From contig CAWDVP010000004.1 of assembly GCA_963805945.1 (NCBI GenBank), forward strand, positions 120,830-184,829: a DNA stretch of 64,000 nt. Reading direction: 5' to 3'. Position 1 is the first letter of the stretch, and each line of letters opens with the position of its first letter. Positions 1 through 8,739 of the stretch are shown in pieces. The stretch is from Vulcanimicrobiota bacterium (lineage in GTDB: Bacteria; Vulcanimicrobiota; Vulcanimicrobiia; Eremiobacterales; Eremiobacteraceae). A program made the translations under genes and the position numbers. The notes under the pieces were generated by a model. It was not told the DNA's origin. It ran no database searches and saw nothing but the letters and a program-made list of their open reading frames with translations.

Positions 1-540
1 GGCGATCCGCGCGATCCAGCTATCGAGCGTGCTGAGCGCGCGCGTACGTCTTGCTCGCTTCGCCGCGTTGTAGGCCGCGTTGGCCGGACGGTCTCGCGCA
101 GTGCGGCGCCGATCTTCTTCGCGTAGTCCTGCGCATAGGTCGCATCCAGCCACAGATGGGGATTGCCGGGCTCGCTTGCGCGTGCGGCCCGCACCGGCAT
201 GCCGTCGGAGAGCACGATCAGCGTGCCTTCGTGTTCGCGACGCTGGCAGCAGTTTGTCCATCCAAGCTCGAGGCCCGCGCCGTTCTTCACGATGAGCTGG
301 GCCTGTGCGAGCTCGACGAGGTCCTGCGGCGACGGTTCGTACGTCTCCGGCGCGGCGCCGATGGGCACGAGGCTGACGACATCGATTTGTCGCCGCCGAC
401 AGGACTTGACGATCGCGCGAGCGTGGACAAGGTCGCCATGACGTTGATGCGGCCGCCGGACGTCGTGCGATGACGCGCTCGTCTGGACTGCGGCGCGCAG
501 GCGCCGGCGAGCAGCGCGAGCACGAGAGCCGCTGCCACAT
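1..540 (-). CDS. Zn/Mn ABC transporter substrate-binding lipoprotein (TroA/ZnuA family); runs off window edge, several frameshifts
   Basis: Minus-strand fragments read LALLAGAC (lipobox), INVMATLSTLA, ETYEPSPQDL and GNPHLWLDATYAQDYAKKI, which are typical of cluster A-I metal SBPs. Confidence 0.8.
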   Translation of the reverse strand, partial: MWQRLSCSRCSPAPARRSPDERVIARRPAAASTSWRPCPRSRDRQVLSAATNRCRQPRAHRRRAGDVRTVAAGPRRARTGPAHREERRGPRAWMDKLLPASRTRRHADRALRRHAGAGRTRKRARQSPSVAGCDLCAGLREEDRRRTARDRPANAAYNAAKRARRTRALSTLDSWIARIA

Positions 541-554
541 GCGGCCACGATTCT

Positions 555-575
555 TATCGAGAATCATTCTCGATA
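555..575. promoter_or_regulatory. Fur/Zur-family operator candidate
   Basis: Perfect 10-1-10 palindrome TATCGAGAAT-C-ATTCTCGATA about 15 bp upstream of the metal SBP start; core GAGAATCATTCTC resembles the Fur-type box. Confidence 0.65.
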
Positions 576-651
576 GCCTTTCGAGCCGTACCTAGGCCCG
601 ACCTTCGAGCCGCCCGGAGGCTGGACCGGTCGAGTTTACTCGACCGTCCGG

Positions 652-1985
652 CTAGAAATCGTCGTCGGGCGGCACCGTCGAGAGCGGCGCCCCAGGAAGT
701 ACTGGGCTCGTCGATCCGCCGTGATGACCTGGAATGGCGTCGGCGTCTGGCCATAGTTGAAGCAGTCCGCGAGGTCGTCGGCGCGCGCGTCGGTGTAGCC
801 CAGCGACGGCAGGCCGAACGTCTCCTCGATGTACTTGAGGATGCTGCCGTATTCGTGCTGCACGTGCGACACGTAGCCGGGCTTCGCATACGGCGAGACG
901 ACGATGAGCGGCACGCGGAAGCCGAGCTCGTACGAGTTGTAGATCTGCGGCTGGACGTGATCGAACCAGCCGCCCCAATCGTCCCAGGTGATGAAGATCG
1001 CGGTGTTCTGCCAGTACGGGCTCTGGCCGACCGCGTTGACGATCGAGGCCACCCACGCCGGGCCCGAGCCGTCGGTGGACAGCGCGTGATCCGAGGCCGC
1101 CGCGCTCGGGATGACCCATGAGACTGGCGCAGCTGTCCCGCCGCGATATCGGTGAGGACTGTCGTCTCGGCACGATCACGTTCGCCCAGTCCGCGCCGTA
1201 GCGAATGTGCTGGATCGCGTCTGGCGCGGACCACAGGCGCCGTTGTACGAATCGTAGTAGCGCCAGGTGACGCCGTCGCGTCGAGCTCGTCGAACAGCAC
1301 CGGGTGGTCGAAGCATGGCGGCAGCATCGTCGCCTCGCTGCCCGACGGGTCGATCATCGCCACCAGCGACGAGGTTCGAGCCGTCGCAGTTGAGGGTGTT
1401 CGCCTACGATTGTATTTCGGGTTCTCGGAGGCGAGCAGGTTGCTGCCGACCGCGTTGGTGGACGTTCCCGAGATGATGTACTGGTGCGCGGGAAAACTCG
1501 GGCCCTGATTCGTCTCGAACATCCGGTCGGCGAACGTGTAGCGCTCCGCCATAGTGAAGTACGGCTGCACCTCGGCTTGCGGCACGTAGCCGAACGCCGT
1601 GAGCGGGCTGCACGCATGGCTCGGGCAGTTTAAACCACCAGGTCCCAACCGTTCATCGAGCCGCCGGCGTACTCGGTCTTGAAGCCGGTATGGCTGTGGT
1701 CGATATCGTACGGCGCCGTGATGTCGACGGGCTGCAGCGGCACGACTTGCCCCATCGAGTTGGTCCCGCTGTTGGCGGTGTCGGCGCCGGCAAGCCGTGG
1801 AAGAGGTTGTCGGTTGAGCGGTTCTCCTGGAAGATGATGATGACGTATTTGATCTTGCCTTGCCCGGGCGGTGGCGTGGGGCTAGGGCCCGGCAGCACGC
1901 CGCCACCGCTGCCGCTTCCACCGCACGCGGCCAGCGAGAACACAGCCGTCAACGCGATCGCCAAGCCAAGCACTGAGCGCTTCAT
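652..1985 (-). CDS. Secreted phosphoesterase / non-specific phospholipase C family lipoprotein (frameshifted over several ORFs)
   Basis: Lipoprotein signal (LAACGG), KIKYVIIIFQENRSTDNLF, GPSFPAHQYIISG, TAIFITWDDWGGWFDHV, GFRVPLIVVSPY. Confidence 0.85.
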
Positions 1986-2136
1986 AGTTCCAGATTAGCA
2001 CCCTCGCGCGGTTCCGTGCCTGAGAACGCGATGAGAACGATTTCTCATCGGGATTTCACCCTTGTGGGGGTAAAAGAGCGCGCGCTCGCTTCGTTCTTAT
2101 GGATAGAGAAACGGGCGGGCACAGAGGAGACGGGAC

Positions 2137-2279
2137 ATGGTGCAAGAGACAGCAGCGACGACCGGCAGCGGATCGGCGCTCACCCGCGCCGAGATGCACG
2201 CTTACTACATCGCGTTCGTGACCATGACGCGGGTGGGCTTCGACCCGCGCGCAGCTCGCTGACCAAGTCGGCTTCTTAG
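2137..2279 (+). CDS. Small hypothetical protein (about 41-47 aa)
   Basis: AGGAGA RBS then ATG; reads MVQETAATTGSGSALTRAEMHAYYIAFVTMTRVGFDPRAAR; the end is uncertain because of local indels. Confidence 0.4.
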
Positions 2280-2614
2280 GCCGTCAGCAGCTCGTCGCCT
2301 TCGCTGGGCGCAAGCTCGATGAGTTCGACTTCTCCGTCGGGAAAGCGAGCGATGATCTGGGAGCTCTCCGCCCACCGCCTCGATATAGCGACGCAGCGTG
2401 CTCACATAGACATCCGTGCAATGCTCGAGTTACGACACCTCGGGCTCGCGTCATGTCGAGTATGCCCGCAAGCGTCTCTTGTGTGAGCTGGCGCGCGCGC
2501 CGCACTTCGCCGAGCAGGGCTGCGCGCTTCTTCCAATCTTGCTCTGCGAGCTCTACAACGCCCGGTTTCGAGTGGGTTGCACGAATCTCGCTCCATCTTC
2601 TTGGTACTGGGCAT
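2277..2614 (-). CDS. XRE/HTH antitoxin (HigA-like), frameshifted
   Basis: Fragments RRARQLTQETLAGILDM and VSTLRRYIEAVGGEL; start overlaps the toxin stop. Confidence 0.8.
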
Positions 2615-2982
2615 CAGATCAAACCCTCGGCTTTCGAGCTCTTCAAGGTGGTAGGCATGAGAGTTTCGGTCAGCGATCGGCACCATGCGCTCGTAGAATC
2701 GTCCGTCACCGGTCTTGTCGCCGCCGATAAGCAGAATCGCTACGCGTCGCGGGTCGAAGGCGAAGAACGTGCGCGAAGTAGGACGGCCCCCGAGCCTGAG
2801 TCCGCAACTCCTTCATGTTGGCGAATCGCGAATCTCGAACTGCGTCGGCGTATGGGCGAGCTAGACCCGGACCGCTTTCTTCGAGGAGTTTGATCGAGAC
2901 GTAAAGCGCGCGCTGCTCGGCGATGCCCGAAGGATCCGTACCACCCCTTGAACTCGTTCGTGCTCTCGACCACCCATATCAC
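2613..2982 (-). CDS. RelE/ParE-family (HigB-like) toxin, frameshifted
   Basis: N-terminus VIWVVESTNEFKGWY; later fragments FFAFDPRRVAILLIGGDKTGD and FYERMVPIAD; toxin-before-antitoxin order. Confidence 0.8.
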
Positions 2983-2986
2983 CGCT

Positions 2987-3015
2987 ATTATACCTTCTAT
3001 ATCATAGTCTGTCAA
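2987..3015 (-). promoter_or_regulatory. Consensus sigma70 promoter of the TA operon
   Basis: TTGACA-17 bp-TATAAT on the minus strand, 4 nt before the GTG start. Confidence 0.85.
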
Positions 3016-3042
3016 AGGTATGAGGCCATCGCCACAACGCAA

Positions 3043-3070
3043 AGAGGCCGACCTGAAGGTCGGCCTCTAC
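3043..3070 (-). repeat. REP family A hairpin; its GTAG supplies the SLT gene stop codon
   Basis: GTAGAGGCCGACCTTCAGGTCGGCCTCT on the minus strand. Confidence 0.8.
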
Positions 3071-3798
3071 ATGGAGCCGCGGGCGTTGAATAAGCCCAGA
3101 GCGTGCGCCCGGTAGTCCGCTAAGATCGAGCTCACGTAGTTGCGCGTCTCCGCATACGGCGGCACGCCGTGGTACCTGTCGACCGCGCCTGAACCCGCGT
3201 TGTAGGCGGCGAGCGCGAGGTCGAGCCGGCCGCCATACTGATCGATAAGACCGCGCAGCATCTTCGCCCCCGCGTCCACGTTTTGCACAGGATCGTACGG
3301 GTCGTTGACGCCGAGCGATTTCGCGGTGTCCGGCATGAGCTGCATGAGGCCCATCGCGCCGGCCGACGACTGCGCCTTCGGATTGAACCCAGATTCTTGC
3401 TGGATGACCGCGGTGAGCAGCGCCGGATCGAGCTCATGCCGCTGTGCGCTGCGCTGGATGAGGCCGTCATACGGATTTGCCGCCTGCGCCTGCGATTGGG
3501 CGCGGCGGGTGGGAGTGGACGGCTGCGCGGCCGACGCGGCGGATTCGGCGCTGCGCGCGAGCGACTGCAGCGCTTTCATGAACGTGCGCTCGATGGACTT
3601 GAGCTGGCTGGAGAGCTGTGTGATGAGCTTGGACAGGCTCATCTCGTTCGGATCGGTATGATTATCGCCGCTGGCGCTGGGCGCCGGCTCGGACGGCGGA
3701 AGACCTGTATCGCCGCCTGCGTCGATCGGACGCGTCGCGACGGGCAACGTCCAGCGTAAACTCGAGGGGTCGGGCGTATCGATCGGTGCGATGCTCAT
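3067..3798 (-). CDS. Lytic transglycosylase (SLT domain) with N-terminal extension
   Basis: AVIQQESGFNPKAQSSAGAMGLMQLMP, LALAAYNAG and ETRNYV motifs; start MSIAPID. Confidence 0.92.
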   Translation of the reverse strand: MSIAPIDTPDPSSLRWTLPVATRPIDAGGDTGLPPSEPAPSASGDNHTDPNEMSLSKLITQLSSQLKSIERTFMKALQSLARSAESAASAAQPSTPTRRAQSQAQAANPYDGLIQRSAQRHELDPALLTAVIQQESGFNPKAQSSAGAMGLMQLMPDTAKSLGVNDPYDPVQNVDAGAKMLRGLIDQYGGRLDLALAAYNAGSGAVDRYHGVPPYAETRNYVSSILADYRAHALGLFNARGSM

Positions 3799-3878
3799 CG
3801 CCAATCCTTTCCGCAAGAGAACAGCGCTCGTACTATCACGCGATCGCCTGCATCGGTCCAGGGGCGCGGCGCAATCGC

Positions 3879-5149
3879 TCAGGCGATCGCCCCAAGCGCC
3901 TCGATCGGATCGCCGGCCCTGCCGTCGCCGTCGAAGACGAATGCCTCGAGCTCCTCGCGCGCGGCGACACACGCGTCGAGCCAGCCATCCGAGCCGGCGC
4001 GGTACGCGCCGATAGCGAAGAGATCTTCTGCACCGGCGAGCGTGGCGAGCGCGTGGCGGACGATCGCCGCGTCGTGCCGATGCTCGGGTGTGACGATCTC
4101 CGGCATCGCGCGGCTCAAGCTGCGCAGCACGTCGATCGCCGGGTAGCGCGCGGCTTCGGCGAAGCGCCGCGACAGCGCGATGTGCCCGTCGAGCAGCGCG
4201 CGCACCGCGTCGGTGACGGGCTCGAATTCGTCGTCGCCGTCGACCAAGACCGTGTACACCGCGGTGATCGAGCCCTGCGGACGCGCGCCGGCCCGCTCGA
4301 CGAGCCGCGCGAGTGCGAGCGGCATCGAGGGCGGATGGCCGCGCTGCGCTGGTGGCTCGCCGGCCGCGAGCGCCATCTCGCGCCACGCCGCGGCGACGCG
4401 GGTGAGCGAATCGATGACGAGCAGCACGCGTCGGCCGCTGCGGCACAGCCATTCCGCTTGTGCGGTCGCGGTTCGGGCCGCGGTGAAGCGCTCGATCGCG
4501 CTCGTTTCGGAGGTCGCGCAATATAAGGAAGTGCTCGGCCAGCACGGCAGCACTTGAAGCCGGTCGCGAGCCTCTGCGGCCTCGCGGGCGCGCTCACCGA
4601 CGAGCGCCACGACACGCGCATCGACCGCCGCGTTTCCGACGATGCGCCGCAGCAGCGTCGTTTTGCCGACGCCTGCGCCGGCGGTGAGCGAGACGCGCTG
4701 TCCGTAACCGAGCGTCGCGAACGCGTCGATCGCGGCGACACCGGTGCGCAAGACCCGCGCGATGGGAGCGCGGGCGCGCAGCGGCAAGCGCGGCGGATCC
4801 AGCGGCGCGACGATGCGCGCGCGGCTGCCGCGCGCCCGGCCCCACGCGTCGGCGACTGCGCCGAGCAGCGCCGTACCGACGTATGCGCCGAGCCTGCCGA
4901 GTTCGCTAAGCGCCGGCGCGCCGACCGCGACGCCGGCGACGCCGCCCAACGGCGTGCAGCGCGCGCCGTCGCCATCCACCGCGCGCACTTCGGCGAGCAC
5001 GCGACCGCCGTCGCGCGTGGCGATCGTCAGGACATCGCCCGGCGTCAGCGCGGGCGCGCGGACCACCACGATGTCGGCGCCCACGCTCGTGACACAACCA
5101 CGGCTATGAATCCGTCGGCGTGCTCGAAGGTGAGCGGCAAATCACGCAT
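3879..5149 (-). CDS. fliI: Flagellar/T3SS export ATPase FliI (one frameshift near 5' end)
   Basis: Walker A AGAGVGKT, LVGERARE, DSLTR, LVERAG and YPAIDVLRSLSR; position after fliH. Confidence 0.88.
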
Positions 5150-5716
5150 ACGCGGCGGCGCGCGCGAGCAGCAGCGCGCGCTCTTCGATCGTCGCACCGA
5201 GCGTGCCGGCGTCGGTGGTGACGCTGACGGCACCTCGCGCGAGCGAGGCATCCGCGACGACATCCGCCTCGCGGCTCGGCCGGAACGCGATCGCATCCTC
5301 GGGATGAAGATGGATCGCGGCGCGGCCCACGCGGCCGCACGCCCGTAGCGCTTCATCGACGTAACGCGTCAGCTCGTCCGCGTCGGCCGCGACGGCTTTG
5401 CGCAGCGCGCGGGCGCAGGCGATGGCGGCGAAGCGGATCGCCTCTTCCCGCAGCGCGACGTGAGCCTCTTCTTCATCGCGTACGCGCCTGCGGTCGTGGC
5501 GTACGGCGGTGAGCCTCATCGCCTCCGCCATCACGTTCGACATCAGCCTCGGGCTCGCGCGACTCGACGATCTCCGTGACCGGAGCGTTCGCCGCGCGCG
5601 CTGTCGGCGATGACGGTGATTTGTTCGAGAACCGGCATGATCTCCGACGGGACATCGGCCTGAGGCGCCCCGTGCCGCCGCGGGCGCAGCGGCACGAACT
5701 CACGCTCGTCGTGCAT
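5142..5716 (-). CDS. fliH: FliH/SctL-like protein (frameshifted; intact C-terminal part 5142-5543)
   Basis: IHLHPED and DASLARGAVSVTTDAGTLGATIEER match the FliH C-terminus; lies between fliF and fliI. Confidence 0.7.
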
Positions 5717-7106
5717 CGTGCAGACATGCCTCGACGGAAGCGCGGCGCAGCGGGCCGTAGGATTCCAGCACGCGCTCGCGCAGCCCGCGCGGCAGCGACG
5801 AGAGCACGTACGCCGCCGTGCGCGGCGATTCGCGATCGAGCGTGTCGCGCAAGCGGCTCACGACGGGATCGGCGGGCTTGGCTGTGCGATGCGGCCAAAA
5901 CGTCAGGCACAGCGCGACCATGAGCACCGCCGCGGCGGGCAGCACCGCGCGGGCGAACGGCGCGGGTGGCGGCACTGCAGGCGCAGCCTTCGCGGCGAAC
6001 GGCACCGCCTCGACCACCACCTCGTCGCCTGCTTCGAGGTCCGCGCCGGCGGCCGCGCGCACCAACGCGGCGATCGGCTGCGAACGCTCGGCATCCGTGC
6101 GCGCCGCGTCGAGAAAGACCGCCACAGAGATCTTGGCGAGCGCGTCGGCGGCGGTCGAGCGGTGCTCGATGATGGTGTCGTACGCATAGTGCCGCGCCGT
6201 GCGCTCCTTGGAAAGCCGCCGGCCGTTCTCAAGCCCGTGCTCGCTGCCGGTGTCGGCGTCGAGCAGTCCATGCGGCACCACACGTGTGCTCTGCACTGTG
6301 CTCTCGGCGCCCTGGCTGCGCACGCTCACGCGCACTACCGCGGCGCCGGCGCCGAGCACCGCGTCGAGCGCTGTCTGCACGTTCGCCTGGATGCGCGTCT
6401 CGCGGCTCGCGGCGCGATCGGGTGCGGCAGCGCCGAGCAACGCGCCCGAGCCGTCCACGATCGCCACGCGATCCGGATTGAGTCCCGGATATCCCGCGGC
6501 GACGAAACGGCGGATGCCGGCGACGGTCGACGCCGCCAGCTGCACGCCGGGCTGCAGGATGAGCTGCACGCTCGCGCTCGGCGGCGAACGCTCCGCTTCG
6601 TCCGCGAACGCGTCTCCGCTCGCCGGCGCGATGACCACCGACGCATCCGCGACGCCGTCCATGCGCCGCAGCCCGCTCACCAAGTCTCCCTCGATGCCGG
6701 AGCGGCGGCGATCGTCGACGACCTCAGGCGGCGCGAGCGGGTTGTCTTGGGTCTGGAGCACGTCCGCCGTGGTCGGCACGTAATGATGAGGCAGATCGGC
6801 GAGCGCCAAGCGCAGCAGCAGATCGCGCCGGCGATGGGCGTTGACGAAGATCTGCGTGCCTTGGGCGTCGGCGGAGAACGGCTCGTTCCACAGCGTGAGC
6901 GCCTGCGCGACTTCTGCGACTTGCCGCGGGTGCAGCGGCGCGTCGAACAGCGCGACCGGAGCGGCGCCGCGCACGACCAGCGCGATGACAGTTGCCACGA
7001 CCACACAGGCGGCGGCAGCGCCAAGCGCCGCGGTCCGGCGTCGCCGTATCCAGAAGACGCAGTCCTCGACGACGCGGGGCAGTTTCGCGGGCAGCAGGGC
7101 CAGCAC
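5700..7106 (-). CDS. fliF: FliF M-ring protein with a C-terminal FliG-M-like ARM segment
   Basis: N-terminal TM, IEGDLVSGLRRMDGVADASVVI, PPSASVQL, PGLNPDRVAIVDGSG, GDEVVVEAVPF, second TM, then RESPRTAAYVLSSLP. Confidence 0.82.
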   Translation of the reverse strand: MLALLPAKLPRVVEDCVFWIRRRRTAALGAAAACVVVATVIALVVRGAAPVALFDAPLHPRQVAEVAQALTLWNEPFSADAQGTQIFVNAHRRRDLLLRLALADLPHHYVPTTADVLQTQDNPLAPPEVVDDRRRSGIEGDLVSGLRRMDGVADASVVIAPASGDAFADEAERSPPSASVQLILQPGVQLAASTVAGIRRFVAAGYPGLNPDRVAIVDGSGALLGAAAPDRAASRETRIQANVQTALDAVLGAGAAVVRVSVRSQGAESTVQSTRVVPHGLLDADTGSEHGLENGRRLSKERTARHYAYDTIIEHRSTAADALAKISVAVFLDAARTDAERSQPIAALVRAAAGADLEAGDEVVVEAVPFAAKAAPAVPPPAPFARAVLPAAAVLMVALCLTFWPHRTAKPADPVVSRLRDTLDRESPRTAAYVLSSLPRGLRERVLESYGPLRRASVEACLHDARRA

Positions 7107-7108
7107 GA

Positions 7109-7396
7109 TTAGAGCTGCGTCTGCAGCAGCGTCGAGACGGCGTTGCTGACGCGCGAGGCGGTGATCGCCGCGACCTCCAGCATGACGTCCGCCTTGGCGC
7201 GGGCGATCGCCGCCTCGGCGACCCCGCCGTGTCCTGCGGCGAGCGCTGCGGCCGCGCCGTCGGCGCCTTCCAACGAGCGCTGTGCTTGATCCACCAGCGC
7301 AGCGAACGACGAACCAGCCGAAGGCCCGGCGGCAGGGGCACCTTCGACGAGCACGGCTGGGCGCAGCGCCGCGATCGGCTCGATGCCGCCCGTCAC
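7109..7396 (-). CDS. fliE: Flagellar hook-basal body protein FliE
   Basis: SFAALV...AKADVMLEVAAITASRVSNAVSTLLQTQL; GTG start overlaps the flgC stop. Confidence 0.8.
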   Translation of the reverse strand: MTGGIEPIAALRPAVLVEGAPAAGPSAGSSFAALVDQAQRSLEGADGAAAALAAGHGGVAEAAIARAKADVMLEVAAITASRVSNAVSTLLQTQL

Positions 7397-7863
7397 GGCT
7401 GCTCGATCTCCAGCGCTTGCGTGTCCATGAGTTTGGCGGCTTGGAGCGAAGCGACGTCGGCGTCGTACGCGCGCCCGGCGGTGATCAGACCGATCATCTG
7501 CGAGATCGAATCCACGTCGGAGACCTCGACGTAGCCTTTGTGCGGGCCGGAGACGGCGGCCAGCGGATTGCCTGGATCGAGGCGGTATTGCGGTTCGTAT
7601 GGCTGCTCGGTGAGTCCGGCGAAACGCACCGCCGCGGGCGCCGTGTCCGTGTCGTCGAAGGAGATGGCGAAGTCGTCTGCCGACGCCGCATCGAGCGCGG
7701 CGGAGAACGAAGACTCGAACAGCGCGGCCTGTGCACGAAACGGCACACCGTCCGCCTGCGTCACGTTCGCGTGGGCGAGGTTGTTCGCGATGACGTCCAT
7801 CTGCACGCGCTGGGCTGCCATGCCGCTCGCCGCGATATCGAACGCGCTCAGCGGCTCGCTCAT
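7393..7863 (-). CDS. flgC: Flagellar basal body rod protein FlgC
   Basis: FDIAASGMAAQRVQMDVIANNLAHAN ... MIGLITAGRAYDADV. Confidence 0.9.
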   Translation of the reverse strand: MSEPLSAFDIAASGMAAQRVQMDVIANNLAHANVTQADGVPFRAQAALFESSFSAALDAASADDFAISFDDTDTAPAAVRFAGLTEQPYEPQYRLDPGNPLAAVSGPHKGYVEVSDVDSISQMIGLITAGRAYDADVASLQAAKLMDTQALEIEQP

Positions 7864-8174
7864 CGGCGCGATTCTTCCGCGACCGTGCGCAGCTCGCGCA
7901 GCAGCGCGTGCGCCTGCGTCGCGAGCGCGCGATACCATACCGCGTTCTGGGCGCTCGCGCCCATGGCGTACTCGACGGTCGCCGGGGCGGACCCAGATTC
8001 CACATCGTGCAACGCAGCGGCGAAGCGCATACCGCCCGCCGTCGCCTGCGCCTCGAGCGTGGCATCGCGCATGGTGAACCCCGGCGTGTTGGCATTGGCG
8101 ACGTCGCTCGCCAGCAGACCGGCGCGGTAGCGCCCGAACGCCATCGCCTGTTCGATGCTCTCGAAGACCGTCAT
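7860..8174 (-). CDS. flgB: Flagellar basal body rod protein FlgB (short, 104 aa)
   Basis: RAGLLASDVANANTPGF motif; first gene before flgC. Confidence 0.8.
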   Translation of the reverse strand: MTVFESIEQAMAFGRYRAGLLASDVANANTPGFTMRDATLEAQATAGGMRFAAALHDVESGSAPATVEYAMGASAQNAVWYRALATQAHALLRELRTVAEESRR

Positions 8175-8236
8175 GGCTGCCAGGGTAGCGCCCATACGTG
8201 AGCGGGAATTGAACGGCGTGTGAAAAACAGATACAC

Positions 8237-8695
8237 ATGAAGGCTCCGCTCGCCGTCGCCGCGCTCGCCGCCATCGCACTGGCCGCCATTGCGGCGCCGA
8301 CACAAGCGCTGGAGCCCCAAGACGGCGATCAGCAGACGCCGGTGCAGGTCACGCTGCCTCAAGGCATGACCGCTACCACGACCACCGTCATGCCAGGCCC
8401 GACGCCCGACACGAAATACCTCGTCATCAACTGGCTGCGTCTGTTCAACCAGAGCAAGCTGCAACCGCTCAATATCGATTACAAAGACTTCCGCCTGCGC
8501 GCCGAAAACGGCGACTTCTTCGACGTCGACCAGAAAGTGACGAGATCGCTGCTCAATCCCCTGTCCGAGGAGTCCCTTGGGGTGGGCCAGGAAGCGACCG
8601 GCTCCCTCGCGTTCAAGGTGCCTGCGACGATGCGGACGGCGCATTTGGGCTATTACGTCATCCAGTTCGATGCGATCTACCCCTCGAACAACTAG
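8237..8695 (+). CDS. Secreted protein, DUF4352-like Ig fold
   Basis: Signal peptide; DFRLRAENG and GQEATGSLAFKVP pattern. Confidence 0.6.
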   Translation: MKAPLAVAALAAIALAAIAAPTQALEPQDGDQQTPVQVTLPQGMTATTTTVMPGPTPDTKYLVINWLRLFNQSKLQPLNIDYKDFRLRAENGDFFDVDQKVTRSLLNPLSEESLGVGQEATGSLAFKVPATMRTAHLGYYVIQFDAIYPSNN

Positions 8696-8739
8696 ACCCG
8701 GGTAAGCGGCCGGGGCAGCCGCGCCGATGACTTAATAAG

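Noticed and set aside
1..5716. Multiple apparent pseudogenes or programmed frameshifts (SBP, phosphoesterase, TA pair, fliH/fliI)
   Set aside because: Indels are clustered regionally, also hit conserved genes elsewhere (amidohydrolase, ubiD, ubiA) and lack slippery sites; most likely sequencing error
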